Shown in pieces: positions 12,394-22,840 of a stretch of 64,000 nt of DNA (positions are counted from its first letter, which is position 1; every line of letters starts with the position of its first letter). The notes beneath the pieces are model-generated. The model saw only the letters and a program-made list of their open reading frames with translations, did no database searches and was not told the origin of the DNA. The position numbers and the translations under genes are program-made. The stretch is taken from assembly GCA_051530055.1 (NCBI GenBank), contig CM121342.1, forward strand, positions 11,423,480 to 11,487,479. Direction: 5' to 3'. This DNA comes from Neoechinorhynchus agilis. Lineage: Eukaryota; Animalia; Acanthocephala.

Positions 12394-12413
12394 GAATCCC
12401 ACCGTTGCCACCA
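12394..12413 (-). promoter_or_regulatory. Primer-binding site, tRNA-Leu-like
   Basis: tggtggcaacggtgggattc lies 2 nt inside the 5' LTR and is complementary to a GAATCCCACCGyTGCCACCA tRNA 3' end. Confidence 0.8.
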
Positions 12414-12415
12414 AT

Positions 12416-12570
12416 TGAAGTATCTTCACTCTTCATGATAAGTTTTATTAACGTTTTTTCAAAGCCTGACCAACTGCAAAAACCAAAAACCAACGCACAC
12501 ACCCCCAAACATCGTTTGGTCATTATCGATCGGACGCGCAGTGCCTGTCACGATCGCTCACTATATAACA
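12416..12570 (-). repeat. 5' LTR
   Basis: Direct repeat of 8336-8490. Confidence 0.95.
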
Positions 12571-13287
12571 GTCTTCAATGCTTACATTTGAATACTTGCT
12601 ACTATCATCAAGATCTGCACTAGCGGCAGCTCCACTCCACCTCACGGTGCAAGTTTCAACACCGCCGCATACGCTCTTCTACACGTCACGCCATTTGTAC
12701 ATTTTTGTTTATCATTGACGGTCTAGCATGGATATACGTCTCCAGCGCCATCCATTTTCAGGGCCAGTCGATTCGGCAGGTGAATTTTTACCCACTCCTT
12801 AGCGGATTCCTACTTCTGCGGCTAAGGTCCTGCTGTCAATATCGACTGGCGCCTTTCATGGTATCTCATGAGAGGCATTTTTGGCACCCTAGCTCAACGC
12901 TTGATTCATCCCACATCCTCATCAAAAATAGCCCACTTAGTGCCATTGCATTTACACCCGACACTCAGTAGCAGCATAAGCAATTGTTAAGAAGTGACCG
13001 AGCTTATTACCCATTTGAAGTTTGAGAATAGGTCGAGGACAATTCGTCCACAATGCCTCTAATCATTCGCTTTACCAGATAAAACTTTCTTATGCAACAC
13101 GAGCTTTCCTAAGGGAAACTTCGAAGGGAACCAGCTAATAGATGGTTCGATCAGTCCTTCGCCCCTATACCCAAATCTGACGATTGATTTGCACGTCAAA
13201 AACGCTACGGACCTCCACCAGAGTTCAATCCGGCTTCATCCCACTCAGGCATAGTTCACCATCTTTCGGGTCTCAACATGTACGCTC
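12571..13287 (-). rRNA. 28S (LSU) rDNA fragment, main piece; orphan/pseudogene
   Basis: Conserved LSU blocks in reverse complement: cagcgccatccattttcagggc, acccatttgaagtttgagaatagg, ctaatcattcgctttacc, gaagggaaccagcta, caggcatagttcaccatctttcggg. It shows internal deletions and no flanking rDNA unit. Confidence 0.92.
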
Positions 13288-13473
13288 AATTGCGAACAAC
13301 AACCAACAGTACCTCGCATGTGCCAACCCGGCTAACGGCCAGTAACCGCAGCTGGTTATCACGATCATTAACAAACTCGCGTTAACTATGCTATCCAGCT
13401 TAAGTGAATTTAAGGATCATCTCGCAAGCTATTCGAATCGAGGATACAATTTCAAACTAATCTATTTTCATTC

Positions 13474-13999
13474 ATGGCACAAATAACGATGGAGAATACC
13501 AAGCGAGCGGGAGTTCTCGGCCACAATAATAAAGTTTATATATATCCTGGGAGACTTAATTAGCGAGGGCAGCTTCGGGCAGATCCTCAAATGCAAACAA
13601 AAATGATCTAACCGCAACCTTGCAGTTAAGATCTTAAAGAAAGCGATTGGGAACTTCGAAATAATTGATTGTGAAGTCAAAATGTTTAAGGCAATAAAAG
13701 AGGCAGCTGGATTACGAGCTAATATCGCAGTTCTCCTCGAAATATTAAAGTATTCCGGTCATCAGTGCATGATTCTTGAGCGCTACGAAATGGACCTCAA
13801 TGTGTTTGTAAACGCATTTGGACCAATGCAAATCAATCGGTTGTTCTCCTTGGCATACCAAATGTTGCGAACATTAGAGAAGCTAAAAGATCTTAACATT
13901 GTTCATTGCTTGAACTTATCCCCGAGATCGATTTTATTCCACTGTCGCTATCAAACAAAAATGGGAGCGTCGCTCAAGTTTTCGAATAACGAGCGGTGA
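13474..13999 (+). pseudogene. CMGC (DYRK/HIPK-like) protein kinase pseudogene, copy 1
   Basis: ISEGSFGQILKC, NLAVKILK, EVKMF, MILERYEMDL and LNIVHC, with a stop and frameshifts. Confidence 0.75.
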
Positions 14000-14719
14000 T
14001 CGTCTTCGTGTACAAATAAGGAACAATCGACTCCTCGCTTTGTGCACAATTACTCTATTCACACTCATTGGCGATAATTTATTAGACTTTTTATGTAGTT
14101 TGTCACAACGTGTTTTTTATTATTTTAATAGTTTTCCTTGATTGCATACTTTCGAAATGAGAGAATATTGTTGAGTCGTTTGCTCATCCTAATGAATTCG
14201 ATTTTTTATGTTGCGAAAAAATTACAATAATTTATTATAAGTTCGATATTTCAGAACATACAAGCAAACCGGCCTTTTTCTTCGTTAACTTTAGGAAGCA
14301 GTTTCTTAGATCATAAAAGAAACACTTTATTAATTTACTATTCAACCGGACAAGTTTTTCATTTAAAAAAGCTCATCCCAATGAATTCGACTTCTTTCTT
14401 GCGACGAAAAAAAGTTGCTTGTATTTGCTTAAATATCAATTTGTATATTTTAATTTTTTCCACCATATATAAATGGCGTGAACAATTTCACGTTCAAGCA
14501 ATTCGATTTCTTATGCTTTCCGAGCGAAGTAAGAGACTCAGCTTTTATATTTTACGACTCGCGAATGTCGAGAAGTGGGCAAAACGTTCTTGAAGAAAGA
14601 GTTTGACATTCAGCGTCGTAACTTGGGTGTATGTGGTTGAATCGTCGATGGGTCACGAGTGTGCGTACTTTTTTGTTTCTATATACAACTCTTATTACAA
14701 AAACTTGCTTCAAGCAATA

Positions 14720-15433
14720 ATGCGTAGAAGAAGTTGGTATAGCCTATTGTTTTCATCGGCTGTAGTTCATGGAATTGTAAGTATAATGGCAGGGTTTGCT
14801 CTTTTGGGTAGCCGAAGGTATGTTCCGAGCGAAGAGAAATCGAGAATAAAATTTGAACAAAGTCGTGTAACGTTCTTGTTTTGGTTCGTTATCAATTGCA
14901 TTACCTTCACTTTTGAATGGATCTGCGTATTTCTTTTAAAAACCTACAAACCTTCTTCACGAGGGCGCCTAAAAAATCTAATAGTCAATGGGATCTACAT
15001 TGCTTTTATCAGTTTGATCCTGATGGCTTTCGTCCTTTCCTTGCTTTATCTTGGTTTACTGCATGATGAAACGTCATCTATTTCTAAAAGCCAACGGGTA
15101 AAGACCATACGAATTATGTTCGTAGAATCATGGATAATTCAAATCGCTAATATTATCTGCTATGGAGTTTCATTCACTACAGCAATTAAGCTGATCATTG
15201 AAATGATCGGTTGATCGGATTAAGGAGCGAGTTGTAACCATCTAATCCACCGAGTAAAAGATCCAGAAACGATTGAGCAACCTAATGTTTATGTACCACC
15301 TCCAGAGTATGTTGAGATGAATGAACCGGATGTGCCATCTTTTGTCTATAAGATGAGTCCCATCGAAGAACGCCCTACGTTGAGACCAGAACGAAGTTGT
15401 CGATGTGACACGAACGATAATGAGAGGTTTTGA
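14720..15433 (+). CDS. Four-transmembrane protein, probably with a PPxY-containing C-terminal tail (copy 1)
   Basis: The ATG at 14720 (MRRRSWYSLLF) opens four hydrophobic segments to 15214. The same frame reopens at 15225-15433 (VYVPPPEY). Confidence 0.65.
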
Positions 15434-15744
15434 GCGCAATCGCGGAGATTCGGACTGATTTTGCTTGTGTTTTAAATCAACTTCATTTGAGATATTGTAC
15501 TTTTTTGCGAATTCGCCGTCAGTGGGGCGATTTGGGGTTAATCATTTATCGAATTGCGGAATTCAGTAAGGGTGACCCAATGGAAAACAGTCCTCTACTC
15601 TGTCCACAAAGAGATTCCGCAATAGATCACTTTCGTCAAATTCTTTGTCAGAAGGTATTATTTTAGACGATTATTTATGATCCTCTCCAGGCGCTTTGCA
15701 TTTTTTTCATTTGCTCCATCAAAATATCTAGCTTAGTATCTATG

Positions 15745-15815
15745 TGTGGCCTTTTTCACGGCTGATAATTTTTCCTTAGGGCACGCAGCCCACCGATATG
15801 GTTCAGGGAAGCGCA
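15745..15815 (-). repeat. Second flank fragment of the tRNA/hammerhead repeat family
   Basis: cacggctga, gggcacgcagcccaccgat and gggaagcgc resemble 28935-28983. Confidence 0.45.
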
Positions 15816-15839
15816 TAAAATCACTTAGAGTGGTAATAA

Positions 15840-17110
15840 TAACACGCTTATTGGTAAAAAATACAAACAATAGGACCCATGTATCATTGGGTCCTCATAA
15901 GCATTCAAGTTCACAATTGTTCAAAAAATGCGTATCCGCTAGGATGGTAATATCTGATCGGAGGGATGTCTATTCGGATGGTAATATCTGATCGGAGGGA
16001 TGTTTATTCGGGTGGTAATATCTGATCGGAGGGATGTCTATTCGGGTGGGACTATCCAGTCGTTGGATGTTAGTTAGGGTGAGAATGTATCCGTTCGTTC
16101 ATTGTGATTGCTTACAAGTAAGCAATATTTAAATAAAATATTATGTTTTATCCGATGATCACTGTCATGATGATCAACCCAATGCATCTCTATTATAAAA
16201 GCAGAAATTATAATAGCACGTTTTATCATTGATCAAAGTAGAGGAATCATGTACGTAAGAGTTGTTGTGAGTACTCGAATCCTTGAATGCGTTTGTTTAT
16301 TCTGGAGTGGGAAAATTGATAGTGATTCGCGTCGAGGAGCTTGTGAGGTTAGGTCTTTTCTCCGATTCATTTATGCGTCTCGATATCCGAAAAGATTGGA
16401 CAGTGTTGAAAAAAGAGCGGAGGTATAGGAAGGTGCGAGATTGAGGGATGATGATGCTGGTAATAAAATGTGGTATAAAGGCGTTTTGATTGTTTGTTTT
16501 TTTGAGAATAGTATCAAGGCATTCGGTGAGAGGGAGAAAATCATCTGTTCAAATTTTAGAAGCTCTTTTATGAAACAGCTCAAGACGGCGGATTTGAGAT
16601 TTGGATAAGTTGCAGAAAACGGGATAACCGTAGGCAAGGGAGGATAAAATAAAGCTAAATCGCTGCCCCTCTTTCTTTAGAGTGGCACACCTGACGGTGC
16701 ATGCGGCGGAGGATGTTGCGCCCCTCTGTTTCTTAGCATCGGTCATTGAATAAGGCAGTGTGGTTACCACCGCGCTCGACCGCCTTTAGCCCCAGGGGAT
16801 TCCCTGTACCAATTCTCAGCTTGGTGAACTGGATGACGCTTACGGGGATCGAAACCTGGCCGTCCGCGGGTGAAATAAAGCTGGAGTAAAATTTGTAGAG
16901 ATCGGCTGAAGCGATTCCTGAATGTCGGAGTTGTTTGAGGAGATAAAATTCAAATGTTATGAGCTTGAGAAACGGGTGATGCGCGAGTCCCATTTCAAGT
17001 TTAGTTGAAATTGGAGACCCAGAATTCTTAGGAAGGCGACTCGTAGGATGTCATATAGAAGCCCAGGGATGATGTGGGGTTGAGGGAGAATCAAGGGATC
17101 ATTTCGAAGC
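15840..17110 (-). mobile_element. Decayed L2/CR1-like LINE 3' part with terminal stem-loop
   Basis: ORF remnants 16733..16993, 16549..16770 and 16371..16637 (KLITFEFYLLKQLRHSGI, YGYPVFCNLSKSQIRRLE); stem-loop at 15872-15895. Confidence 0.65.
15942..16045. repeat. 34-bp minisatellite, 3 copies
   Basis: gg(a/g)tggtaatatctgatcggagggatgt(c/t)tattc repeated three times. Confidence 0.95.
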
Positions 17111-17319
17111 ATTTAGAGAAATTCATGGTGTTTAACTTTGCGATTCGATAAACAGCCGCGCGAGAGATTATTGTTCGGAAAAAGCAACTAAAAGAAAATA
17201 ACATGTTAATAATACGTTAGTCATCGAACGCTGTTTGGAAATCGATAAAAAATATATAAGAAGACATACTCTGAGTACATCCCGTAACAACTATTAGCAT
17301 TTGAACCATATTGAGAATT

Positions 17320-20300
17320 TCATTCTTGATTTTTCGATAAGCCGCTAATAAAATTACATAGTTCATAAATGTTCAGACGTTGACCATTTTGAATTCCATA
17401 GGTTGCTTTCATGCCCATGGGATTGGACGGAGTCATACATTGATCATCGCAAGATTTCCTTAGACACTTATCTATCTCAATTTCAGAAAAGAAGGCAACT
17501 GAGGAAGGTAAATCAAGTTCCATTCCAATTCGATAGCAGAAAAAAGCTCGAGTCATCATGTTACTGATCTGTAGCGCTAATGCAGCTCGATATTTGTCCG
17601 TTTCATCAAGGATGAGATATCGCACCTCATCGTGGATACTTAGAGTAAGCCTAGCGTTAATTTCGTACTTACAGCACAGCCATTTCATGTTCACCAGTAA
17701 AAGATGAAGATAGTCTACAGCTGAACTCTGCACAACCCAATTAATTCTACTCGTCAAAAAGTCGTCATTCACGTTTCTAGGCTCTAAAGACCGACTTATT
17801 TGAGACTTTAAAACCGGTGTTCGAGGAATATCGCTCATCGCCACTTCTTCAAGAAAATTAAAAAGGGCCGATTCTGAGCCACCGGACCACTTACCATTTC
17901 TTCGAATTCCTTTGGTCATTTCGTACATTTTCTTGATTTTCAATCCACACTCATCACGAGGCATTGATGGATTAAAGCTGGACAAAAGCTGACCAGCAAA
18001 GCGCGAACCAGCGCCGTATATCCGAGCGTAATTTAACACCTTCGCTTGATCTCTAATAACTCCAATTGTATTAGCCACCGAACTATGTAGATCCGTTCCG
18101 AGGGTATGGTTTCCCTGTAGCAACATCCAACTACTTGCCGTACTGCCATGGACGCCTGAGAAGTATTTATCACCGAATAAAGTGGCGATCCACATCTCCT
18201 GCGAATCTACGTCGGCTCCAACAAAACACTGATCGTGATTAGCTTGAACAATTGCCTTCAGTTCACTCCCAATTACAGAAGGTTTGGGATTACTCGCGGT
18301 TAACCAAGTCCGTTCAACTGCGCGCCGTGTTATAGTCCCCGATACAATTACCCGGGGTATAATATATGAATCTTCGCCATCTTTACCGATCACCATTTGT
18401 GAAATCAGTCGATGAATTGTATTTTCCCAATATGAAACCGTTTTTGCATGCTCTATCAGATCCTTTAAACAAAATTCTTCATTCGGCCAACCTGATCTTA
18501 GGGCAGCAGTCTCGCAGTTTTTTGAAAAAGGTTGACTTGCGTACCGAGCAAAGGATTTCGAAAGCGGATTACCCACGTTCGACCTTAACTTATCGGCGTG
18601 TGGAATTCTAAAGAACCAACAATTTTTAGGAAGGAAGTTAACGTAAGGATATGGCCCGTCGATGGGTAGTAAATAATCGGAATCATTGGATCCATGATAA
18701 AGGCACGTGTCCTGCTGAGATATCGGCCTCATCCGCGTCTCGCAAAAACTTTTCCAGATTTCTCGATGTGAATCTCCATTGTCCTGAGTATTAAACGGTT
18801 TAGAATTCAAGGAAGTGACAATTTGATCCTGATAAGTATTTTCGTCCAGCAATTTTCTTCTAACCTCTTCGAATTTCCCGTTCCCCTGAACTGCACGTAT
18901 TATATTAAGAACAAGGTCGTCTTGATCGTGGACCATTGAAACATTCGGGACGATGTAGCCCCACCCTAGTTTTCTATCATGATGTAAGGGATATCCACTC
19001 CATGTCATTCGAAGAATCAACGGCACACATCGAGACTTGGATGTCATAATATTGCAGTCGCTTATTGATAATCGATAAAAACAAGAGATCTTAACATTCT
19101 AAACGAGCCAAAACGGCGGTAGGCATTTCTAAGGAAAAAATGCAAAGAGCTGCCAAATACCTGCATTCCGAATATGTGCTCTAGTTTTCAATAAGCAAAA
19201 AATAAGAATGATCTTCATTGGAATTCTAAACTATTTTTGATATCAAAAAAGCGAGCACCACAATAGAAACGACTGCTTTAAACTCATCGTAGGCATCCGG
19301 GCAAACATCTCGATACCATTTCGGGTAGCCAACTTTCTTTGGACTTTTCACAGGTAATAGCTTAGCACTTTCCCGCACAACCTTCAATTGCTTACTTTCT
19401 TCAGGTTGATCAATTTCATCGTCTTCTTTCAAGATATTATATTCAACCGCATGAAGTATACTTTTGGAAGACTTCCTATTCAGCTTATAAAGTGTCTCTT
19501 GCCTCTCGTAGCTGCAACCCTCCTCATTTCCAATCAAACCCCAATCCAGCAAGCGCGACCATGGATCGCTTTCATATCCTTTAGGGCACCCCTCTTGAGT
19601 AAACGACGATGCTTCACTCAACAATCTATTCGACTGCCTAGCCAATGTCTTCTTTATATCAGTTAAAGTATCTTCGTATGACTGTTCTCCGTTTTTTAGG
19701 TAAAATTGCCAATTATATTTTTTAACCGGTAGAAGCATGGTTCCCATTATCAGCGTTCCGGCCATTGTAACAGGATGGGGAAACCTTTCGAGAAAAAGTG
19801 GGTAAATTTTCTCGATGACTTCGGCCGTTGCTGCTGTATCAGTTGCACAATAATGCATCAGGTTTTGGAAACCTTGACAAATCTCTTTCCGTTTGGATCT
19901 CAGTTTGTTCAGATCATCTTCGGGTGAAGCCAAGCGGCCACAAAACACACTCCGTAATTCTTTTGACAACTGCAGTTTGGATTTTCTGCAATATAAGGAA
20001 TGTACATCGACGAGATTGTTTGCACTACTCTCATGCATCCACCTGAGATTTGTGATTTTTCCGAATTTTTCAATTTTTTCAAATGAAATAATTGACTGTT
20101 AGTGTTAAGCAAGAAGTCAACCCTTCCAACACACAACAATCTTTTTCATCTGATTCTTCGTACTTATTCATAACTTTCCTTAAAGTACGCTGATCACTCG
20201 TGTATCCCGAAGTGGCGATGTGAAGACTCATAGTGTCTAGAAACCTCAAAGAACTCAGTTTACTCTGATACTGTTCACGAATGAAACTCCTATCGAAGCC

Positions 20301-21014
20301 AATGTTATGCCCGATGAAAACGCGCTTCTTAGAGTCCAAATCCATTGGGATAAGATCATCGTGTCGTGTATCGAGGGAATCATGATCTGAAAAAAGTCTC
20401 GATGAACACCATGAATACCATGAGTCCTTTCCTAAGGCAGTGGCCATGACTGGAAGCTGAAAATGAAAACGGCGTTCGATTGAAAGCATACTAATCACTT
20501 CGACGTCAAAGACCAAAGATTCGTCCTTAGGGTAATCAATTGAACAAGGTTCTGGAGAATAAACTGTCCAGCCGGCTTGCGTGGACCATTGCACTGGAAT
20601 CTTCGGCAATCCATTAACACGAAAGGAAGCTATTAACTCGCTTAAACGCTCGGAGTATTCACTTATCTGCAACAACGCAATATTATTAAAATGTTCGTCA
20701 AGGTTTCGACCAATCAGTGGAGGCAATTGGATATTAAGTGGATCTAACAATACTTCACATTCTTCTACCTTTCTATTCTCAATAAATTTGTCCAAATGAG
20801 CGTTGATTGTCTTCTGCAAATCAGGGTTAACCGGATTGTGGTGTGGTGTACCGGGAAATAGAGCCGCTTTAATGTTGCGTTGAACCATCTCGATTCCCAC
20901 TGAATTAAAGCGCCGTTTCTCGGATTTGTATCGAACCGATTGGCGTATTGAACTGGTACATGCAAACAAAGATTTTCTCATTTTAGAAAAATCTACAATG
21001 AAATTACGAAGCAT
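17320..21014 (-). CDS. POLG: Mitochondrial DNA polymerase gamma catalytic subunit; exons about 21014-20122, 20042-19277 and 19053-17320
   Basis: ExoI FDVEV, ExoII GHNIGFDR with FLDTMSLH, ExoIII YCATD, PolA VGADVDSQE, PolB RDQAKVLNYARIYGAG and PolC SIHDEVRYL. A canonical 79-nt GT-AG intron lies at 20121-20043. The likely start is the ATG at 21014. Confidence 0.96.
19054..19276 (-). other. POLG intron 2 (about 223-229 nt) with inverted-repeat ends
   Basis: The frames of ORFs 19226..20038 and 17320..19047 must be joined here. Ends are gcagtcg...cgactgc; the exact boundary is ambiguous. Confidence 0.7.
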
Positions 21015-22221
21015 CAAGACTACAATTGATTTGAACTTTTTGTACAAATGGTGATAAATATTAAAAATAATCCCAAAAAACACTTTTCCATCGGTGGAGT
21101 TCTATTGTTCGTTGTAATAAGATAAATTCTAAGAAATTTCAGCGATAAAATTTCAATTGTTATTGCGAAAAACTGGATTTAAAAAATTGTCCAAAATCTC
21201 AAGTGTTCAGTTATTGATGATATAAACTTTTCGTCTATAAAATATTAATAACCACCGTAAAGTCATAAATTCTAAGTCCGTGCTCAAATTTCGATTATTG
21301 CTGAGAAAAGTCTAATTAAAAATTGCCTCAATTTTCATTTGTTCGACTATTATCGATAAAAAAAATTAAAAAACGCTTTTCGTCTGTAGGGTTCCAAATG
21401 TCATTGCAAAGTAATAAATTCTAAGAAATTTCCGCGTTAAAATTTGGATTCCTGTTGAGAAAACCAAATTTGATAAATTCCGAATATCTCAATTGTTCAA
21501 TTAAAATCCTCCACGTGAAAAATAAGGCTACAAAACGCCATTAAGCGGATTATTTTTGCTATTGACAAAGAAGATAAAGTGAATAATCATCGATAGAAAA
21601 TCCTTCGGGATGACAGAGTTGTGGCGATCATATTCCCCCCGATAAAAAATATTTTATTGAATTGCAAAATGCTTTATCCGAGAGATTACGATAGCCACAC
21701 ATCTCCAACAAAAAGATTCTTCGAAATAATGTGATATTTCCTCAAACAATGTGAATTATCCTCAAAGCTTGAACCTTTCGGGGTTCATTAAAATTGCACT
21801 TGACGAAATTATTAAAATGCTTGAACTTAAATTCATATTGGACAATAAAAGTTGATTTCAATTTTCAAGATCTTAGCAATACTGAGATTTTCCAGAAGAA
21901 TTTTTAGGCATCTTCCTTATTTAGGCGATGATTGATAAATTATCATCGTATGGATGAATGAGGTATTTGTGTGCGTTTGTAAACGCGGAAATCATTTTAG
22001 AATTGAGTTCATGGTTGCATCTTGGCTTGACTATGTCACCTATTATAGTTGACACTCGAGAAGTAGCGCTTTCCGTTAGTTTTAAGACTTCCAAGATTGT
22101 TCTTTTAATGCTATTAGGAGCCAATTAAGTTTTAAGATCCATGTCTCTCGAATTTCATCGAGAAAGAAACGGTGTTCAAATTAGATATGTGGAAGTGGGG
22201 AAAATTATATATCAAAGAATG

Positions 22222-22266
22222 ATTGAAATATTTCGTCCAATCACGCTGGACTTCTTTAGTTAATTA
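22222..22266 (-). ncRNA. Degenerate minimal type I hammerhead in a Penelope 3' repeat
   Basis: Minus strand reads attaa-CTAAAGA-a-gtcca-gcgtgat-tggac-GAAA-ta-TT-tcaat. Two G>A changes away from ttga-CTGAAGA...tcaa. Confidence 0.6.
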
Positions 22267-22287
22267 TCTAAAAAGGAATTGGAAACA

Positions 22288-22840
22288 TCATTTTTTTTCA
22301 GGAAGTATCCTCAAATTCAGGGAATAATCTGTCTTGTTTCCCTCGAAAGTATTGGCTCCCTGAATGTACATGGCCTCGATAATAACACGCTCAACCTTGT
22401 GGTCATTGCGTTCCAACAAATATGCTTCGTTAATATCGATCTTATGGCCCGCATTCAGAGAGTGGGAAACCAAAGCGGAGTTCATATCCTGTTTCCTCAG
22501 TGAATAGCGATGTTCCCTCATCCTCCTCTCAAAGTTATTTGTCTGGCCAATATAGCAGCGATCACAATCCGAACAAGGTATTCTATATACCGCACCATTT
22601 GGGCCTTCACGAATGCTTGGACAGATCAGGCTATGAAGATCATTCCTTCGTTTGGAATAGACGAGCGTGCGTTTGCTCTGGTGGCCTGCCAATAGGACTC
22701 TGGATAAACTCTGATAGGAGGAATCATCAATAAACGGCAACTCAAGAAACACACGATCCTTATCAGATTTCAAAACTGTCGGCCTCCCGTACCTAGCGCT
22801 CCTGATCACCTTCTTAACCAGATTCAATAGCCATCCGCGG
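22288..22840 (-). mobile_element. 5'-truncated Penelope-like element, GIY-YIG endonuclease
   Basis: GAVYRIPCSDCDRCYIGQT...RMREH...EAMYI. Confidence 0.9.

Larger units (their letters stand above)
8336..12570 (-). mobile_element. Full-length but frameshifted Ty3/Gypsy LTR retrotransposon (Mag-like), 5-bp TSD GTCTT
   Basis: 155-bp LTRs; TSD at 8331-8335 and 12571-12575; gag with two Cys/His knuckles, protease DTGA, RT YLDD, RNase H DAS and TDHKPL, integrase HxxxH...CxxC, RIHID and DNG. The frames are broken several times. Confidence 0.96.

Noticed and set aside
8255-12623. Many short ORFs antisense to or overlapping retroelement genes, here and across 36-62 kb
   Set aside because: Explained as shadow frames of TE coding sequence.
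12571-13287. Naming the organism (e.g. a myxozoan or larvacean) from the divergent 28S and proteins
   Set aside because: Needs a database search; the impression of a fast-evolving animal is not enough.
4422-16045. CRISPR-like arrays at 4422-4860 and 15942-16045
   Set aside because: Contiguous tandem units without unique spacers, in a eukaryotic context with no cas genes.
1-21014. Functional clustering of RPC1, TFIIF beta and POLG
   Set aside because: Three housekeeping genes near each other in a compact genome need no special explanation without synteny data.
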